From Candidatus Marinacidobacterales bacterium (lineage in GTDB: Bacteria; Acidobacteriota; Vicinamibacteria; Marinacidobacterales; DATDRI01): 64,000 nucleotides of DNA. Below the pieces are notes generated by a model. It ran no database searches and had not been told where the DNA came from. It worked only from the letters and a program-made list of their open reading frames with translations. Location of the stretch: assembly GCA_965219415.1 (NCBI GenBank), contig OZ244742.1:608001-672000 (forward strand), written 5' to 3'. The number at the start of each line of letters is the position of its first letter. Within the stretch, counting starts at the first letter, position 1. Below, piece after piece: positions 10,575 to 21,419 of the stretch. Both the position numbers and the translations under genes were made by a program.

Positions 10575-11447
10575 CTATTTCTTACGTTTCGCCTTGGCCG
10601 CTGCCGCGCTGAGCGCTCGCTCGGACATCACCGTCGCAAGGTGAGCACGATACTCCCCCGAGGCGTACGAGTCGCTGAGCGGTTCGCCGATGGCATCCGA
10701 CACCGTTGCCGCGGCCTGCGCGATGGCCTGTGCGCTCGGTGCCTGCCCGACTAAGCGCTTCTCGGCAGCCGAGATCACTACCGGATTGGGCGTCGCACCT
10801 CCGATGACCAGCCTTACCTTGGAACACACGCCCTTCTTGACAGTCACGACAGCGGCGACGCCGATCACCGCAAAGCTCGACGCGGGATTACGGTGCTTCA
10901 GATAAACGCCTGCCGTCCCGGATTTCATCGCTGGCACTTGAATCCCGGTCAAGACCTCGGCGGGCTTGAGGGCGGTCGTGAAAAAGTCTTTGAAGAACTT
11001 TTCCGCCGAAATCTGGCGCTTTCCTCTGGAACCGGTGGCGATGAGCTTCCCTCCGAGGGCCACGATAACGGTCGGGAGGTCCGAGGCCGGATCGGCGTGC
11101 GCGAGGCTACCGCCAATCGTTCCTCGATTGCGAACTTGCGAATCTCCGATCTGCGCAGCTGCCTCGGCGAGAACTGGACAAGCTTTGCGCAGCTGTTTCG
11201 ATGACGCGATGGTCGCGTGAGTCGTCATCGCACCCAGCTGGACGGACCTCGCCGACGCCTTGACCCCCGACAGGCCCTTGATCCGGCCGATGTCGATAAG
11301 GGCGGACGGTGCGCTCAACCGAAGCTTCATCGCCGGCAGGAGGCTGTGTCCACCCGCCAGGATCTTCGCGTCCTTGTATTTGCGGAGAAGCTGCACGGCC
11401 TGTTTCAAGTTCTTTGGACGGTAGTAGTCGAAACTTGCGGCGTACAT
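10575..11447 (-). CDS. coxM: form II CODH-like / xanthine dehydrogenase family FAD subunit
   Basis: LAGGHSLLPAMKLRL, QVRNRGTIGGSLAHADPASD. Confidence 0.88.
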   Translation of the reverse strand: MYAASFDYYRPKNLKQAVQLLRKYKDAKILAGGHSLLPAMKLRLSAPSALIDIGRIKGLSGVKASARSVQLGAMTTHATIASSKQLRKACPVLAEAAAQIGDSQVRNRGTIGGSLAHADPASDLPTVIVALGGKLIATGSRGKRQISAEKFFKDFFTTALKPAEVLTGIQVPAMKSGTAGVYLKHRNPASSFAVIGVAAVVTVKKGVCSKVRLVIGGATPNPVVISAAEKRLVGQAPSAQAIAQAAATVSDAIGEPLSDSYASGEYRAHLATVMSERALSAAAAKAKRKK

Positions 11448-11474
11448 CTCTATATCTCCCTTCCTAAGCCTAGC

Positions 11475-13844
11475 CTAAGCCGTTTCCTGTAACTTGCGGG
11501 CCGACTCCATGGCTCGCCAGACTCGCTCCGGGGTGAGCGGCATATCGATGTGCTTGATACCGAGTGGCGCCAAGGCGTCCAGCACCGCATTGGCGATGGT
11601 GACGGTCGCGGCAATCGTACCCATCTCGCCGACTCCCTTGACGCCGAGAGGATTGTGCGGGGACGGCGTCTCGATGCGGTCGATTTCGAACTTAGGAAAC
11701 AACGCGGCGCGCGGCACCGCGTACTCCGTCAGCGAACCGGTGAGCAGCTGCCCGTCTTCGTCGTAGATGCCGTGCTCCCACAGAGCCTGCCCAACGCCCT
11801 GCACGATACCGCCTTGGATTTGCCCTTCGACGATGGTCGGATTGATGACGTTGCCCACGTCGTCGACGGCGTAGTACTCCTGTACCGTCACCTCGCCAGT
11901 GTCGGGATCGACCTCGATTTGAGCAACATGTGCGCTGTTGGGAAACGTAAAGTTGGCGGGATCGTAAAAGGAGGTTTCCTCCAAACCGGGCTCCATTCCC
12001 TCGGGAAGGCTGTGGCCGGTGTAAGCGGCGAACGCCACCTCCCCGAACTGTTTCGATTTGTCGGGCGAGCCCTTGACATAGATTTTACCCGAATCCTGAT
12101 CGTAGACGATGTCCTCTTCCGCCGCCTCGAGCAGGTGAGCCGTAAGCTTGATGACTTTGGCCCGGATCTTCTCCGCGCTACGAACGAGAGCACTGCCGCC
12201 TACCGCGGCGCTCCGACTCCCGTAAGTGCCCATACCGAACGAGATGCGTCCGGTATCCCCGTGAACGACTTCGACGTCTTCCATGCCAACTCCGAGCTGG
12301 TCGGCGACGACCTGCGCGAACGTCGTCTCATGTCCCTGGCCGTGGGCATGTGAGCCGGTGAAGACAGTAACCTTGCCGGTAGGGTGTACGCGGATCGCTC
12401 CCGATTCCCAAAGACCCACGGCAAGTCCGAGCGAGCCAGCGACTGCCGAAGGGGCAGGACCGCTCGCTTCGATGCAGCTGCTCAGACCGACGCCAACGAG
12501 CCGACCTTCCCGGCGTGCCTTTTCTTGTGACTTCCGCAGTCCGTGATAGTTCGAAAGCTTGACTGCGGTATCGAGGAGCTTCTCGTAGTTACCGCTGTCA
12601 TAGAGGAAGGCGACGGGGGTTTGGTAGGGTTGTTCCGCGGACGGGATCAAATTCTTGCGACGGATCTCCAGAGGATCCATCCCCAAGTCGCGCGCCGCCA
12701 CGTCGACCAACCGCTCGAGCAGATAAGACATCTCGGGCCTGCCCGCTCCCCGATAGGCGTCGGTGGGAACGGTGTTGGTATACGTCCCCCATACTGTACC
12801 GTAGAGGCCCTTGACCTTATAGATGCCAGACAATAGCGGCAAGTAAAGAGCGGTCGGAATGAGCGACCCGAGCGTCGACATGTAGGCGCCCATGGCGGCC
12901 CAAGTCGAAACCCGGATACCGGTGACGGTACCGTCGTTCTTGAGGGCCATCTTGGCGGACGTCACGTGATCGCGGCCTTGCGCATCGGTTACGTAGGACT
13001 CGCTACGCGTACAAACCCACTTCGCCGGGCGATTCAGTTTCCTCGCCACCCAGGTAGTTATGATGTCCTCCGGGTAGTGCGGGATCTTGCTCCCGAACCC
13101 GCCCCCCACGTCCGGTGAAATCACCCGGAGCTTCTGCTCGGGAATATCCATCGTAAAGGCACTCATCAACAGACGGACCAGGTGAGGATTCTGGCTGGAG
13201 AGCCAGAGGGTCATCTCCTCGGTCGCGGGATTCCACTGAGCTACGATGGCGCGAGGCTCCATCGCGTTGGGGATCAGCCTTTGATTGACGAGATCCAAGT
13301 CGACAACGTGTTCGGCTCCGGCAAAGGCAGCCTCGCAGGCCTCCTTGTCCCCGAGGGACCACTCGAAAGCGGTATTACCGGGTACGTCTTTGTGAAGCCG
13401 CGGCGCGTTCTTCTCGGTCGCCCCACGAGGATCGACCACCGCCGGCAGCGGTTCGTAGTCCACTTTGATTAGCTCAAGTGCGTCGTTGGCGATGTTAGGA
13501 TCTTCCGCAGCCACCACCGCGACGCCATCTCCGACGTGACGGACCTTATCGACCGCCAGCGCGTGGTGGGTCGGCACTTTGATATCGGGCACGTTGAAGC
13601 CGCAGGGTAACGGGTTACAACCACCGTCGATGAGATCCTGGCCGGTGAACACTCCCACCACCCCTTCGAGCGCTTTGGCTTTCTTGACATTGATCTTGTT
13701 GATCTTCGCGTGCCCATAGGGACTGCGCTTGACGGCCAGGTGAACCATGTTCGGCAATGAGATATTCGCGACGTAACTCCCTTTGCCTTGGATGAACCGA
13801 GGGTCCTCGACTCGCTTGATGCGCTTGCCGACGTGCTTGGCCAT
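11475..13844 (-). CDS. coxL: form II CoxL-like molybdopterin-binding large subunit
   Basis: True start [16 protein letters not shown] (TGATG overlap with coxS); GGGFGSK; active-site AYRGAGRPE (form II); KGVGE. Confidence 0.9.
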   Translation of the reverse strand: MAKHVGKRIKRVEDPRFIQGKGSYVANISLPNMVHLAVKRSPYGHAKINKINVKKAKALEGVVGVFTGQDLIDGGCNPLPCGFNVPDIKVPTHHALAVDKVRHVGDGVAVVAAEDPNIANDALELIKVDYEPLPAVVDPRGATEKNAPRLHKDVPGNTAFEWSLGDKEACEAAFAGAEHVVDLDLVNQRLIPNAMEPRAIVAQWNPATEEMTLWLSSQNPHLVRLLMSAFTMDIPEQKLRVISPDVGGGFGSKIPHYPEDIITTWVARKLNRPAKWVCTRSESYVTDAQGRDHVTSAKMALKNDGTVTGIRVSTWAAMGAYMSTLGSLIPTALYLPLLSGIYKVKGLYGTVWGTYTNTVPTDAYRGAGRPEMSYLLERLVDVAARDLGMDPLEIRRKNLIPSAEQPYQTPVAFLYDSGNYEKLLDTAVKLSNYHGLRKSQEKARREGRLVGVGLSSCIEASGPAPSAVAGSLGLAVGLWESGAIRVHPTGKVTVFTGSHAHGQGHETTFAQVVADQLGVGMEDVEVVHGDTGRISFGMGTYGSRSAAVGGSALVRSAEKIRAKVIKLTAHLLEAAEEDIVYDQDSGKIYVKGSPDKSKQFGEVAFAAYTGHSLPEGMEPGLEETSFYDPANFTFPNSAHVAQIEVDPDTGEVTVQEYYAVDDVGNVINPTIVEGQIQGGIVQGVGQALWEHGIYDEDGQLLTGSLTEYAVPRAALFPKFEIDRIETPSPHNPLGVKGVGEMGTIAATVTIANAVLDALAPLGIKHIDMPLTPERVWRAMESARKLQETA

Positions 13845-14320
13845 CACGCGCCTCCCTTTCCACCGACCGCCGCCGAGGCAATCGACTGGACGATCTTCTG
13901 ATAGCCGGTACAGCGACACACGTTGCCTTCCAGGCCGACCCGGATGTCTTTTTCGCTTGCCTTCGGGTTGCGCCTGAGGATCTCGAGCGCAGTCATGATC
14001 ATTCCGGGAGTGCAGAAGCCACATTGCAGGCCGTGGTGCTCCCAAAACGCCTCTTGTAAAGGATGAAGCTTGCCGTTGGTCGCGAGCCCCTCGATGGTGG
14101 TGACGTCGCTACCGTCCGCTTGTAGTGCAAGCACCGTGCAAGACTTTACCGCCATACCGTCCATCAGCACCGTACAGGAGCCGCACTGGCTGGTGTCGCA
14201 ACCGACGTTGGTGCCGGTCAGCCCGAGCACCTCCCGTAGGTAGTGGACGAGAAGCATGCGTGGCTCGACCTCGTGAGCGCGCTCCGCGCCATTTACTTTG
14301 ATGGATAGCGCTTCCTTCAT
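13844..14320 (-). CDS. coxS: (2Fe-2S) small subunit, form II cluster
   Basis: [24 protein letters not shown]. Confidence 0.92.
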   Translation of the reverse strand: MKEALSIKVNGAERAHEVEPRMLLVHYLREVLGLTGTNVGCDTSQCGSCTVLMDGMAVKSCTVLALQADGSDVTTIEGLATNGKLHPLQEAFWEHHGLQCGFCTPGMIMTALEILRRNPKASEKDIRVGLEGNVCRCTGYQKIVQSIASAAVGGKGGA

Positions 14321-14484
14321 TATGAGTGCCTCCGCTGTGAATGAGTTCGAGCCACCGCGAGAAGGGTCTCGCCCGCCCGGGGTTACCGAAGGCGCCTTAC
14401 TGACTCCCGTCTAACGACGTGGGGGAGCTTGGGGAACCCCTCAGAGCGACGAAGCTCTTGCGGCTGGCACGTTTGGCGCCGTTG

Positions 14485-14512
14485 AGACTACTACAAATGA
14501 GGCGTGTGTCAA
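14485..14512 (-). promoter_or_regulatory. candidate sigma70 promoter for the form II cox operon
   Basis: Minus strand TTGACA-N16-TAGTCT, about 165 nt upstream of the coxS start. Confidence 0.4.
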
Positions 14513-14663
14513 CCGTTTCCGCCCGCGTGCAACGACTTTTCCGTCCCATCCATAAATTAATGTCCGGCGTTCGGCGCGGAGGGCTCGTATCGGGCGCTGG
14601 TTGTTCCCGGCGCACCAATCTGCCCGCCTTGACTTCCATTCGCCCCTTGCTAGACTCAAATTC

Positions 14664-15393
14664 ATGCATCCCACGGGTTCCTGCTTGCTCACACTCCCGC
14701 TTCTCTCTCTTTTGACGGCGTCTGGCACAGCCGTTCAATCGAGCACGGCCGCGGTAGCAGCCTGCGCCGCCAATGACTTCGTCGCCTGTGTAGAACTATC
14801 GCACATGTATCGCTTGGGGAAAGTAAGCGGTTGGATCGACCTCGGGAGCGCTGCCGATGCATGGCAGAAGGGTGCCAAATCGGGCGGCATTCCGATCGAG
14901 ACTCGACGAATGCAGTGTGACGAGGCGGATGCCGTGGCGTGCTACGTCCTGGCCCACGCGTATCTCTCCGGTTGGGGCATCGGTAAGGACGACAAGATGG
15001 CGTTCAGGTATGCCGAACGTTCTTGCGAGCTAGGATCTGCGCTGGGATGTTTTCAGACAGGCGTGCAGTACAACCACGGCCTCGGCGTGCCCCCGTGATT
15101 CGAAAAAGGCGGCGGAACCCCTCAGTCAAGCGTGCGACGCCGGAGATGGCCAGTCCTGTGGAATGCTGGCCTCGAAGTACGAGAAAGGTCGGGACTTCCC
15201 TCTCGATTTCGACCGCGCGGCGGCCCTTCACCAGAAGGGGTGCGCCGCTCGCGATGCCAATTCGTGCTACCAAGCTGGCTTGCGTTTCGCAATGGGGAAG
15301 GGCAAGGACCTACCGAAGGCGATCGAGTTTTTCCAGAAAGCCTGCGACGTGAAATGGGAGTCAGGTTGCGCTGCACTCAAGGGAAAGTGGTGA
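14664..15393 (+). pseudogene. secreted Sel1-like repeat protein, one frameshift in a C run near 15092
   Basis: Signal peptide plus Sel1 repeats (AC..LG..Y..G.G) continuing from ORF 14601..15098 into 15163..15393. Confidence 0.75.
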
Positions 15394-15479
15394 TCGACGC
15401 CAATCAGCTACGGCTGGCCATCGAGAAAAACCCACGAACTACGGAGAATCGAGCTCCACAACCTCCCGCATGCGCGGTG

Positions 15480-15718
15480 CCGCGGCTTTCGGACCTAAGC
15501 AATCGTCCCCGGCGAGAAACTGCGTGTCGCGATGCCACACACCGTCTCACTCGTCTTCGGGTTGCTCGAAAAAGAACTGAGTGCCGCGAAACAGAGGTTC
15601 CTGACCGGACACGGCTCGCAGAATTGAGAGGGGCCGCTCGTCTGCGATGAGCTCGAGGAGATCGATCAGGTCGTTCTCGCTACCTCGGAAGTAGGGGGCT
15701 CGGTGAGGGAAGGCCATG
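15480..15718 (-). pseudogene. degraded fragment of a phytanoyl-CoA dioxygenase (PhyH)-like gene
   Basis: Minus strand gives LLELIADE..., PLFRGTQFFFEQP and WHRDTQF (HxD motif) across frames; no intact ORF. Confidence 0.45.
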
Positions 15719-15772
15719 TTAGTGGGTCGTGACTTTATCGAAAAAAGGACTTGCCAACGGCGCGGCGATTTG

Positions 15773-15796
15773 TTAGTTATTTAGCTAAATGACTAA
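15773..15796. promoter_or_regulatory. 24-bp palindromic operator, probably for the adjacent ArsR regulator
   Basis: TTAGTTATTTAG|CTAAATGACTAA (one mismatch), downstream of TTGCCA at 15751 and just before the RBS (aaggag) of 15811. Confidence 0.65.
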
Positions 15797-15810
15797 TTAA
15801 GGAGACTGTC

Positions 15811-16140
15811 ATGTCCAAACCAATAACCGTCATCGCCACGTATCGAGTGAAGAAGGGGGAGGAGGACGCCTTCCGGGGGCACCTCGCAAAGCACTGGCCC
15901 ACCCTCCGAGAGCACGATCTCGCAACCGACGCCCCGCCTCTCATCCTTAGTGGGGAGGACGAAGGCCAGGAGCCTTTTTACGTGGAGGTATTCGCCTGGC
16001 GGGATCAGGCAGCGGTCGACACCGCCCACCAGCTTCCCGAGGTCATGGCGATATGGGAGCCCATGGGTAAACATTGCGCCGACAGAGGTGGGCGGCCGTC
16101 CGTGGAGTTTCCGCATGTCGAACGGGTCGAGCTCCGCTAG
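15811..16140 (+). CDS. ABM/Dabb-like small protein
   Basis: 109 aa; VIATYRVKKGEEDAF, YVEVFAW..AAVDTAH..PEVMAIWEPM; good RBS. Confidence 0.65.
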   Translation: MSKPITVIATYRVKKGEEDAFRGHLAKHWPTLREHDLATDAPPLILSGEDEGQEPFYVEVFAWRDQAAVDTAHQLPEVMAIWEPMGKHCADRGGRPSVEFPHVERVELR

Positions 16141-16477
16141 AACCGCAAACGAACGGCTCGCCGATACCGATGCGGTCTTCCGAGCCCTGGCACACCAGTC
16201 TCGACGGCACATCTTGCTGGTACTGAGGTTTCGTGGCGGCGAGATGACGGCCGGAGAGATCGCCCAGCGCTTCTCTTGTCGCTGGCCGACGACCACGCGG
16301 CACCTGCGTGAGCTCGAGGGCGCGGGGCTGGTCGATGTCGAACGCCGTGGGCGAGAACGCATCTACCATCTGAACGAGCGGAGATTACAATCGGTGACCG
16401 GGGAATGGCTCGATTGGTTTGGCGCCGGTGCACCTCCGAAGAAGCGCCGAACCCAAGCGGCGCGAAAGAAGAAGTAG
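16115..16477 (+). CDS. ArsR/SmtB family transcriptional regulator
   Basis: VFRALAHQSRRHIL, MTAGEIA..F, TTRHLRELEGAGLV, RGRERIY. Confidence 0.9.
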   Translation: MSNGSSSARTANERLADTDAVFRALAHQSRRHILLVLRFRGGEMTAGEIAQRFSCRWPTTTRHLRELEGAGLVDVERRGRERIYHLNERRLQSVTGEWLDWFGAGAPPKKRRTQAARKKK

Positions 16478-16561
16478 CAATGGCTACCGATGCTTCCGCC
16501 ACCAAGTGTTCCTATACTGTACTGATTCACAAGTGATACAGAACTGAAAGAGGTGATTGGC

Positions 16562-16930
16562 ATGAACAGAATACGGTACATCGTCAATGACGTCGACAAG
16601 GCAGTTGAGTTTTATACATCAAATTTGGATTTTCGGTTAGAAAAACAATTTGGACCAGCAATAGCTATCTTAGAACGAGATGGCCTACAGCTACTGGTCT
16701 CCGGTCCCAAGGCTTCAGCCTCAAGGCCAATGCCTGACGGATCTAAACCCCCACCAGGAGGATGGTCTCGATTCCTAATTAACGTTGATGATATTGAATC
16801 TGTTGTTTCCCGACTTAAACAAAACGGTGTGCAGTTTAAGAACGATATTATAGAAGGTCCGGGAGGCAAACAGATTCTTTGCCTCGATCCGTCAGAAAAT
16901 GTAGTGGAGCTCTTCCAGCCGGCTCAATAG
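16562..16930 (+). CDS. VOC (glyoxalase/bleomycin resistance) family protein
   Basis: RYIVNDVDKAVEFY, PGGWSRF, GPGGKQIL..DPSENVVELF; AT-rich relative to neighbours. Confidence 0.9.
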   Translation: MNRIRYIVNDVDKAVEFYTSNLDFRLEKQFGPAIAILERDGLQLLVSGPKASASRPMPDGSKPPPGGWSRFLINVDDIESVVSRLKQNGVQFKNDIIEGPGGKQILCLDPSENVVELFQPAQ

Positions 16931-17224
16931 GTATTCTTGCCACATATTCCCGAAGGTCAGCTGGGGACGATAGGAAACATTGGCGGGGTCGCTCCACCTC
17001 GGTCGCGTAAAGTGGCGACTAAGACGAGAAGGCACGCGGACGGAGTAACCCTCCGCTGCTGGGAGTATGTCCGCTACGATCGCGACGCGCAGATTCGACA
17101 TGCGCGCTTGATGACGCGGGGTTCACCTTCATCGCGGGACGCAACTAGGAGCTTACGACTGGTTTGACACCGAGGCACCACCGAAGAAGCGCCGGACACA
17201 GCCAGCCCGAAAGAAGAAATAGCG

Positions 17225-17575
17225 TTGACCACAGAAAAGCAAGTTGTTACAAAGTTACGAAAGTTCTGCCTCCCTCTTCCCGAGGTGCGAGAGACCAAGA
17301 CCTTCGGTCACCCCACGTTTCAAGCGGGCAAGAAGACCTTCGCCGTCGTCGAGGAGTATCACGGCGATCTAACGATCTGTTTCAAAGCCACCCGTGCCGA
17401 ACAACACCGGCTATGTACGCACGCGCGCTTTTTCGTGGCTCCGTACGTCGGCAAACATGGATGGACTTTCTTGAAGGTGGGCGGCAAAGCCGATTGGACC
17501 GAAGTCGAGCGGCTGGTCGTGGCAAGCTACCGCCACGTGGCGCTTAAGCGGATGCTCGCGGCGCTCGATGGATGA
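17225..17575 (+). CDS. MmcQ/YjbR family DNA-binding protein
   Basis: LRKFCLPLPEV.E..TFGHPTF, FFVAPYVGKHGW, DWTEV..LV..SYRHVA. Confidence 0.85.
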   Translation: MTTEKQVVTKLRKFCLPLPEVRETKTFGHPTFQAGKKTFAVVEEYHGDLTICFKATRAEQHRLCTHARFFVAPYVGKHGWTFLKVGGKADWTEVERLVVASYRHVALKRMLAALDG

Positions 17576-17809
17576 GGATTTCGCAGATTCTCCGAATGAC
17601 GGACCGCAGTCTTGCTGGATCGTAAGTCTTTATTTATCAATAGGTTATTGTTGGCTTAAAAGCCAGCTCCCTGTCTCCGGCCATCCCATGTTCTAGTTAA
17701 ACCCATTTTGTTTCAAATATTTACATCGCACGAAGAGTCTTGACTTACACCTAGTCTGCCCTATCTTGGGAAGGACCGTTTGGGGTGATCGAGAAGCCTT
17801 TGCCCCTGC

Positions 17810-17929
17810 CCAGTTTTCGACGACGAGTCGCAAACCCAACTGCACGTAGAAGGCACACGAGCCCTTTACATCTTGGACTCGGAGTGTGACGTGGCCGATC
17901 GCCGCCTTGGGTCTGTCTCCTTCACCCAT
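17810..17929 (-). pseudogene. truncated VOC family gene (N-terminus only)
   Basis: MGEGDRPKAAIGHVTLRVQDVKGSCAFYVQLGLR, then loss of similarity. Confidence 0.55.
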
Positions 17930-18102
17930 TGCCGTCCTAGAGTCCAAAATACTTCCCCCACCCGAATGTCGCTCGCAGCACCTCGCCCTCGATCTGGTTG
18001 TCGGCAACCCACGTCGACAATTCGGGCCGCATATCGGTCATCTCTTTACCCCACTATCCGGCACTTCGACCAGGCGGTTGCCTCAGTCGGCGGCCCGACA
18101 CA

Positions 18103-18477
18103 TCACTGTTCGGAGCAGTGCTCCGCGTAGTGCTCCGACCCCAGAAAGTGCAAAGAAACGTACGGCTCATCACCCAGCACCCAGCTATCGTGTCCGGGTG
18201 GGACGTAGAAGACGTCTCCGGGCTTCACTTCCATTTCGGTTCCGTCGTCCATTGCGATCATGGCACGACCCGATACCACCATGCAGACATGCTCGATCTT
18301 GCAGCTCTTTTCGCCGACCGACGGGCCCACGTGCTCGGACCACTTCCAGCCCGGCGCATAGCTGGCACGCCCCACCGTCGTACCGCCCGTCGAGAGGAGC
18401 TCGAACTTCCCCTTCGAAAAAATGCGGCTACCGTCCGGGGAATCGAAACGTTTGACTGTCATCTTCACGAGAGACAC
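18103..18477 (-). CDS. cupin domain protein
   Basis: PGWKWSEHVGP, C..EH, PGDVFYVPPGHDSWV.GDEPYVSLHF. Confidence 0.85.
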   Translation of the reverse strand: MSLVKMTVKRFDSPDGSRIFSKGKFELLSTGGTTVGRASYAPGWKWSEHVGPSVGEKSCKIEHVCMVVSGRAMIAMDDGTEMEVKPGDVFYVPPGHDSWVLGDEPYVSLHFLGSEHYAEHCSEQ

Positions 18478-18564
18478 CCCCTACCCGAGATTTATCGCAC
18501 CGAGGCACGGTACGCAAGCCGGTCTGCCATCGCCTAGAATGGACAGTCTCAGAAGGAGGACTTA

Positions 18565-19980
18565 TTGACGCCACGAGCTAACCGGACAGGTTGTGCAGCA
18601 GCCACGTTCGTTTTGATGATTTCCTCATCGTCCATCGCACCCGCTGGGAGCACGCAGGCAAAAGAGCTCCACCGCCTGGCTCGAGAAGTCTTGTCGGAGT
18701 TGGTGGCCATACGCACCGTGGCTGGAACAGGCAACAGCCTGAGAGCAGCCGAAACCCTGGCGAGTCGATTGCGGGACGCCGGCTTCCCGACCGACGACGT
18801 CCGGACCGTCGGGCCAGCAGGTAGCCCAGGGAATCTAGTCGTGCGCTGGCGAGGAAACCAATCCGCTCGTCGTCCGCTACTTCTTCTTGCCCATCTCGAC
18901 GTCGTCGACGCGCTGCGCGAGGACTGGTCGATGGATCCGTTTGCGCTGACCGAGCGGGACGGATTTCTCTATGGTCGAGGTACCACCGACAACAAGGCCG
19001 GCGTCGCCACACTGGTGGCGAGCTTCATTCACCTCAGGCAAGAAGGATTCGTTCCGAATCGCGAGGTGATCATGGTGATTACGGGGGACGAGGAAACGAC
19101 GCAGAACGGAATCCGTTGGCTCATGGAACCGCCCCAGGGCCTAGCGAACGCCGAGCTCGCGTTGAATACCGATGCAGGCTTCGGCGATCTCGAGAACGGA
19201 AGGCGGGTAAGGCTCTCTCTTCAAGCAAGCGAGAAAGTGTATTTGAGCTTTCAGCTCGAGGTCAGCAACAAGGGAGGCCATAGCTCGCGCCCCACCGAAG
19301 ACAACGCCATCTATCGACTTGCGAAAGGTTTGACCCGCCTCGCCGAGCATAGATTCCCGGTAGTGCTCAATGAAGTGACGAGGGCGTTCTTCCAGAAGTC
19401 TGCCGAGCGGGCGTCGGACCCGGAGATGAACGATATGAGAGCCATCCTGCACCTGCCTCTCGATCCAGCGGCCGTTGCCCGGTTATCCACGTCCCCCTAC
19501 TACAACGCCATGCTGCGGACGACGTGCGTGGCCACGATGGTATCGGCGGGACACGCCGAGAACGCGTTGCCCCAAACTGCGCGAGCGGTTGTGAACTGCC
19601 GCATACTCCCCGGCGAGTCGGTCGACAAAGTCGAACAGGTACTGAGAGGCGTGGTGGCCGATGAGGAGATCGTGATTACGCGCATCGGTAAGGCGACGCC
19701 TAGCCCACCGTCACCTCTCTCGAAAAGGACCGTTGAGACCATCGAGCGCCTCGCCGCCAAGCACTTCCCGGGGGTTCCCGTGGTTCCGGTCATGTCGACT
19801 GGGGCCACCGATGGGATGTATGTTCGAAAAGCAGGCGTATTCACTTATGGAACCGGGGCCATCTTCGAAGACCCCAACGATGAGCGGGCCCATGGCCAGG
19901 ACGAGAGGGTCGCCGTGGATGCCTTCCATACCGCCATAGACTATTGGTACGACTTGATTAAGGCGTTCTCGTCGGAGTGA
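18565..19980 (+). CDS. M20/M25/M40 family metallopeptidase, secreted
   Basis: LLAHLDVV, YGRGTTDNK, GDEE, GGHSSRP, GHAENALP, GATDG, AHGQDER. Confidence 0.92.
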   Translation: MTPRANRTGCAAATFVLMISSSSIAPAGSTQAKELHRLAREVLSELVAIRTVAGTGNSLRAAETLASRLRDAGFPTDDVRTVGPAGSPGNLVVRWRGNQSARRPLLLLAHLDVVDALREDWSMDPFALTERDGFLYGRGTTDNKAGVATLVASFIHLRQEGFVPNREVIMVITGDEETTQNGIRWLMEPPQGLANAELALNTDAGFGDLENGRRVRLSLQASEKVYLSFQLEVSNKGGHSSRPTEDNAIYRLAKGLTRLAEHRFPVVLNEVTRAFFQKSAERASDPEMNDMRAILHLPLDPAAVARLSTSPYYNAMLRTTCVATMVSAGHAENALPQTARAVVNCRILPGESVDKVEQVLRGVVADEEIVITRIGKATPSPPSPLSKRTVETIERLAAKHFPGVPVVPVMSTGATDGMYVRKAGVFTYGTGAIFEDPNDERAHGQDERVAVDAFHTAIDYWYDLIKAFSSE

Positions 19981-20054
19981 CAGGAATTGCTCAAATTTGA
20001 CCTTTGAACCGCCCCGGGTTTCCCGGAGACTCCACCTCTTGAGAGGATGGAGTC

Positions 20055-20371
20055 ATGACAAGACGAAGGAGGTATTCACCGGAGGTAAAAGAGCGCGCAG
20101 TGGGGATGGTTATCGACCAGCAGGCTGAGCAGGAATCTCAGTGGTCAGCGATCTCATCGATTGCGTCGAAGATTGACTGTACGCGGGAAACGCTACGCAC
20201 GTGGGTGCGTCGAGCAGAGCGTGATGCTGGGAAACGAGCGGGACTGACGACGGACGAGGGTCAGCGGCTGAAGGAGCTTGAGCGAGAGAACCGTGAGCTA
20301 AAGGGGGCGAACGAGATCCTTCTCAAGGCGTCGGCGTTTTTCGCCCAGGCGGAGCTCGACCGCCGACCGAG

Positions 20372-20375
<4 letters not shown>
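20055..20375 (+). CDS. IS3 transposase OrfA
   Basis: YSPEVKERAV, ETLRTWVRRAE, LKELERENREL, ASAFFAQAELDRR. Confidence 0.9.
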
Positions 20376-21291
<916 letters not shown>

Positions 21292-21419
21292 AACAGTCTC
21301 CGGAAAACCCGAGGCGGTTCACCTTTTCAATCAAGTTGAATTTGGTTAATATCTTGGATTCAGGGGAGGTTCGGCCGAGGTTGGCCACGCAAAGAATAGA
21401 ACAAAAAGGAGATCGTGAG

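Noticed and set aside
5127-10612. Long alternative-frame ORFs (5127..6356 and 9626..10612)
   Set aside because: They overlap well-supported genes and show low-complexity or antisense-type composition.
11475-13844. Calling the first coxL a true CO dehydrogenase
   Set aside because: The AYRGAGR motif lacks the Cu-binding Cys, and the gene order is S-L-M (form II).
13845-14045. N-terminal extensions in the ORF track (coxL here; likewise at 21168, 57172, 1806 and 4211)
   Set aside because: They overlap neighbouring genes or IS ends; downstream starts fit RBS placement and homology better.
17650-17690. Intact tRNA gene
   Set aside because: No T-loop (GTTCRA) and no cloverleaf; at most a degenerate 3' remnant.
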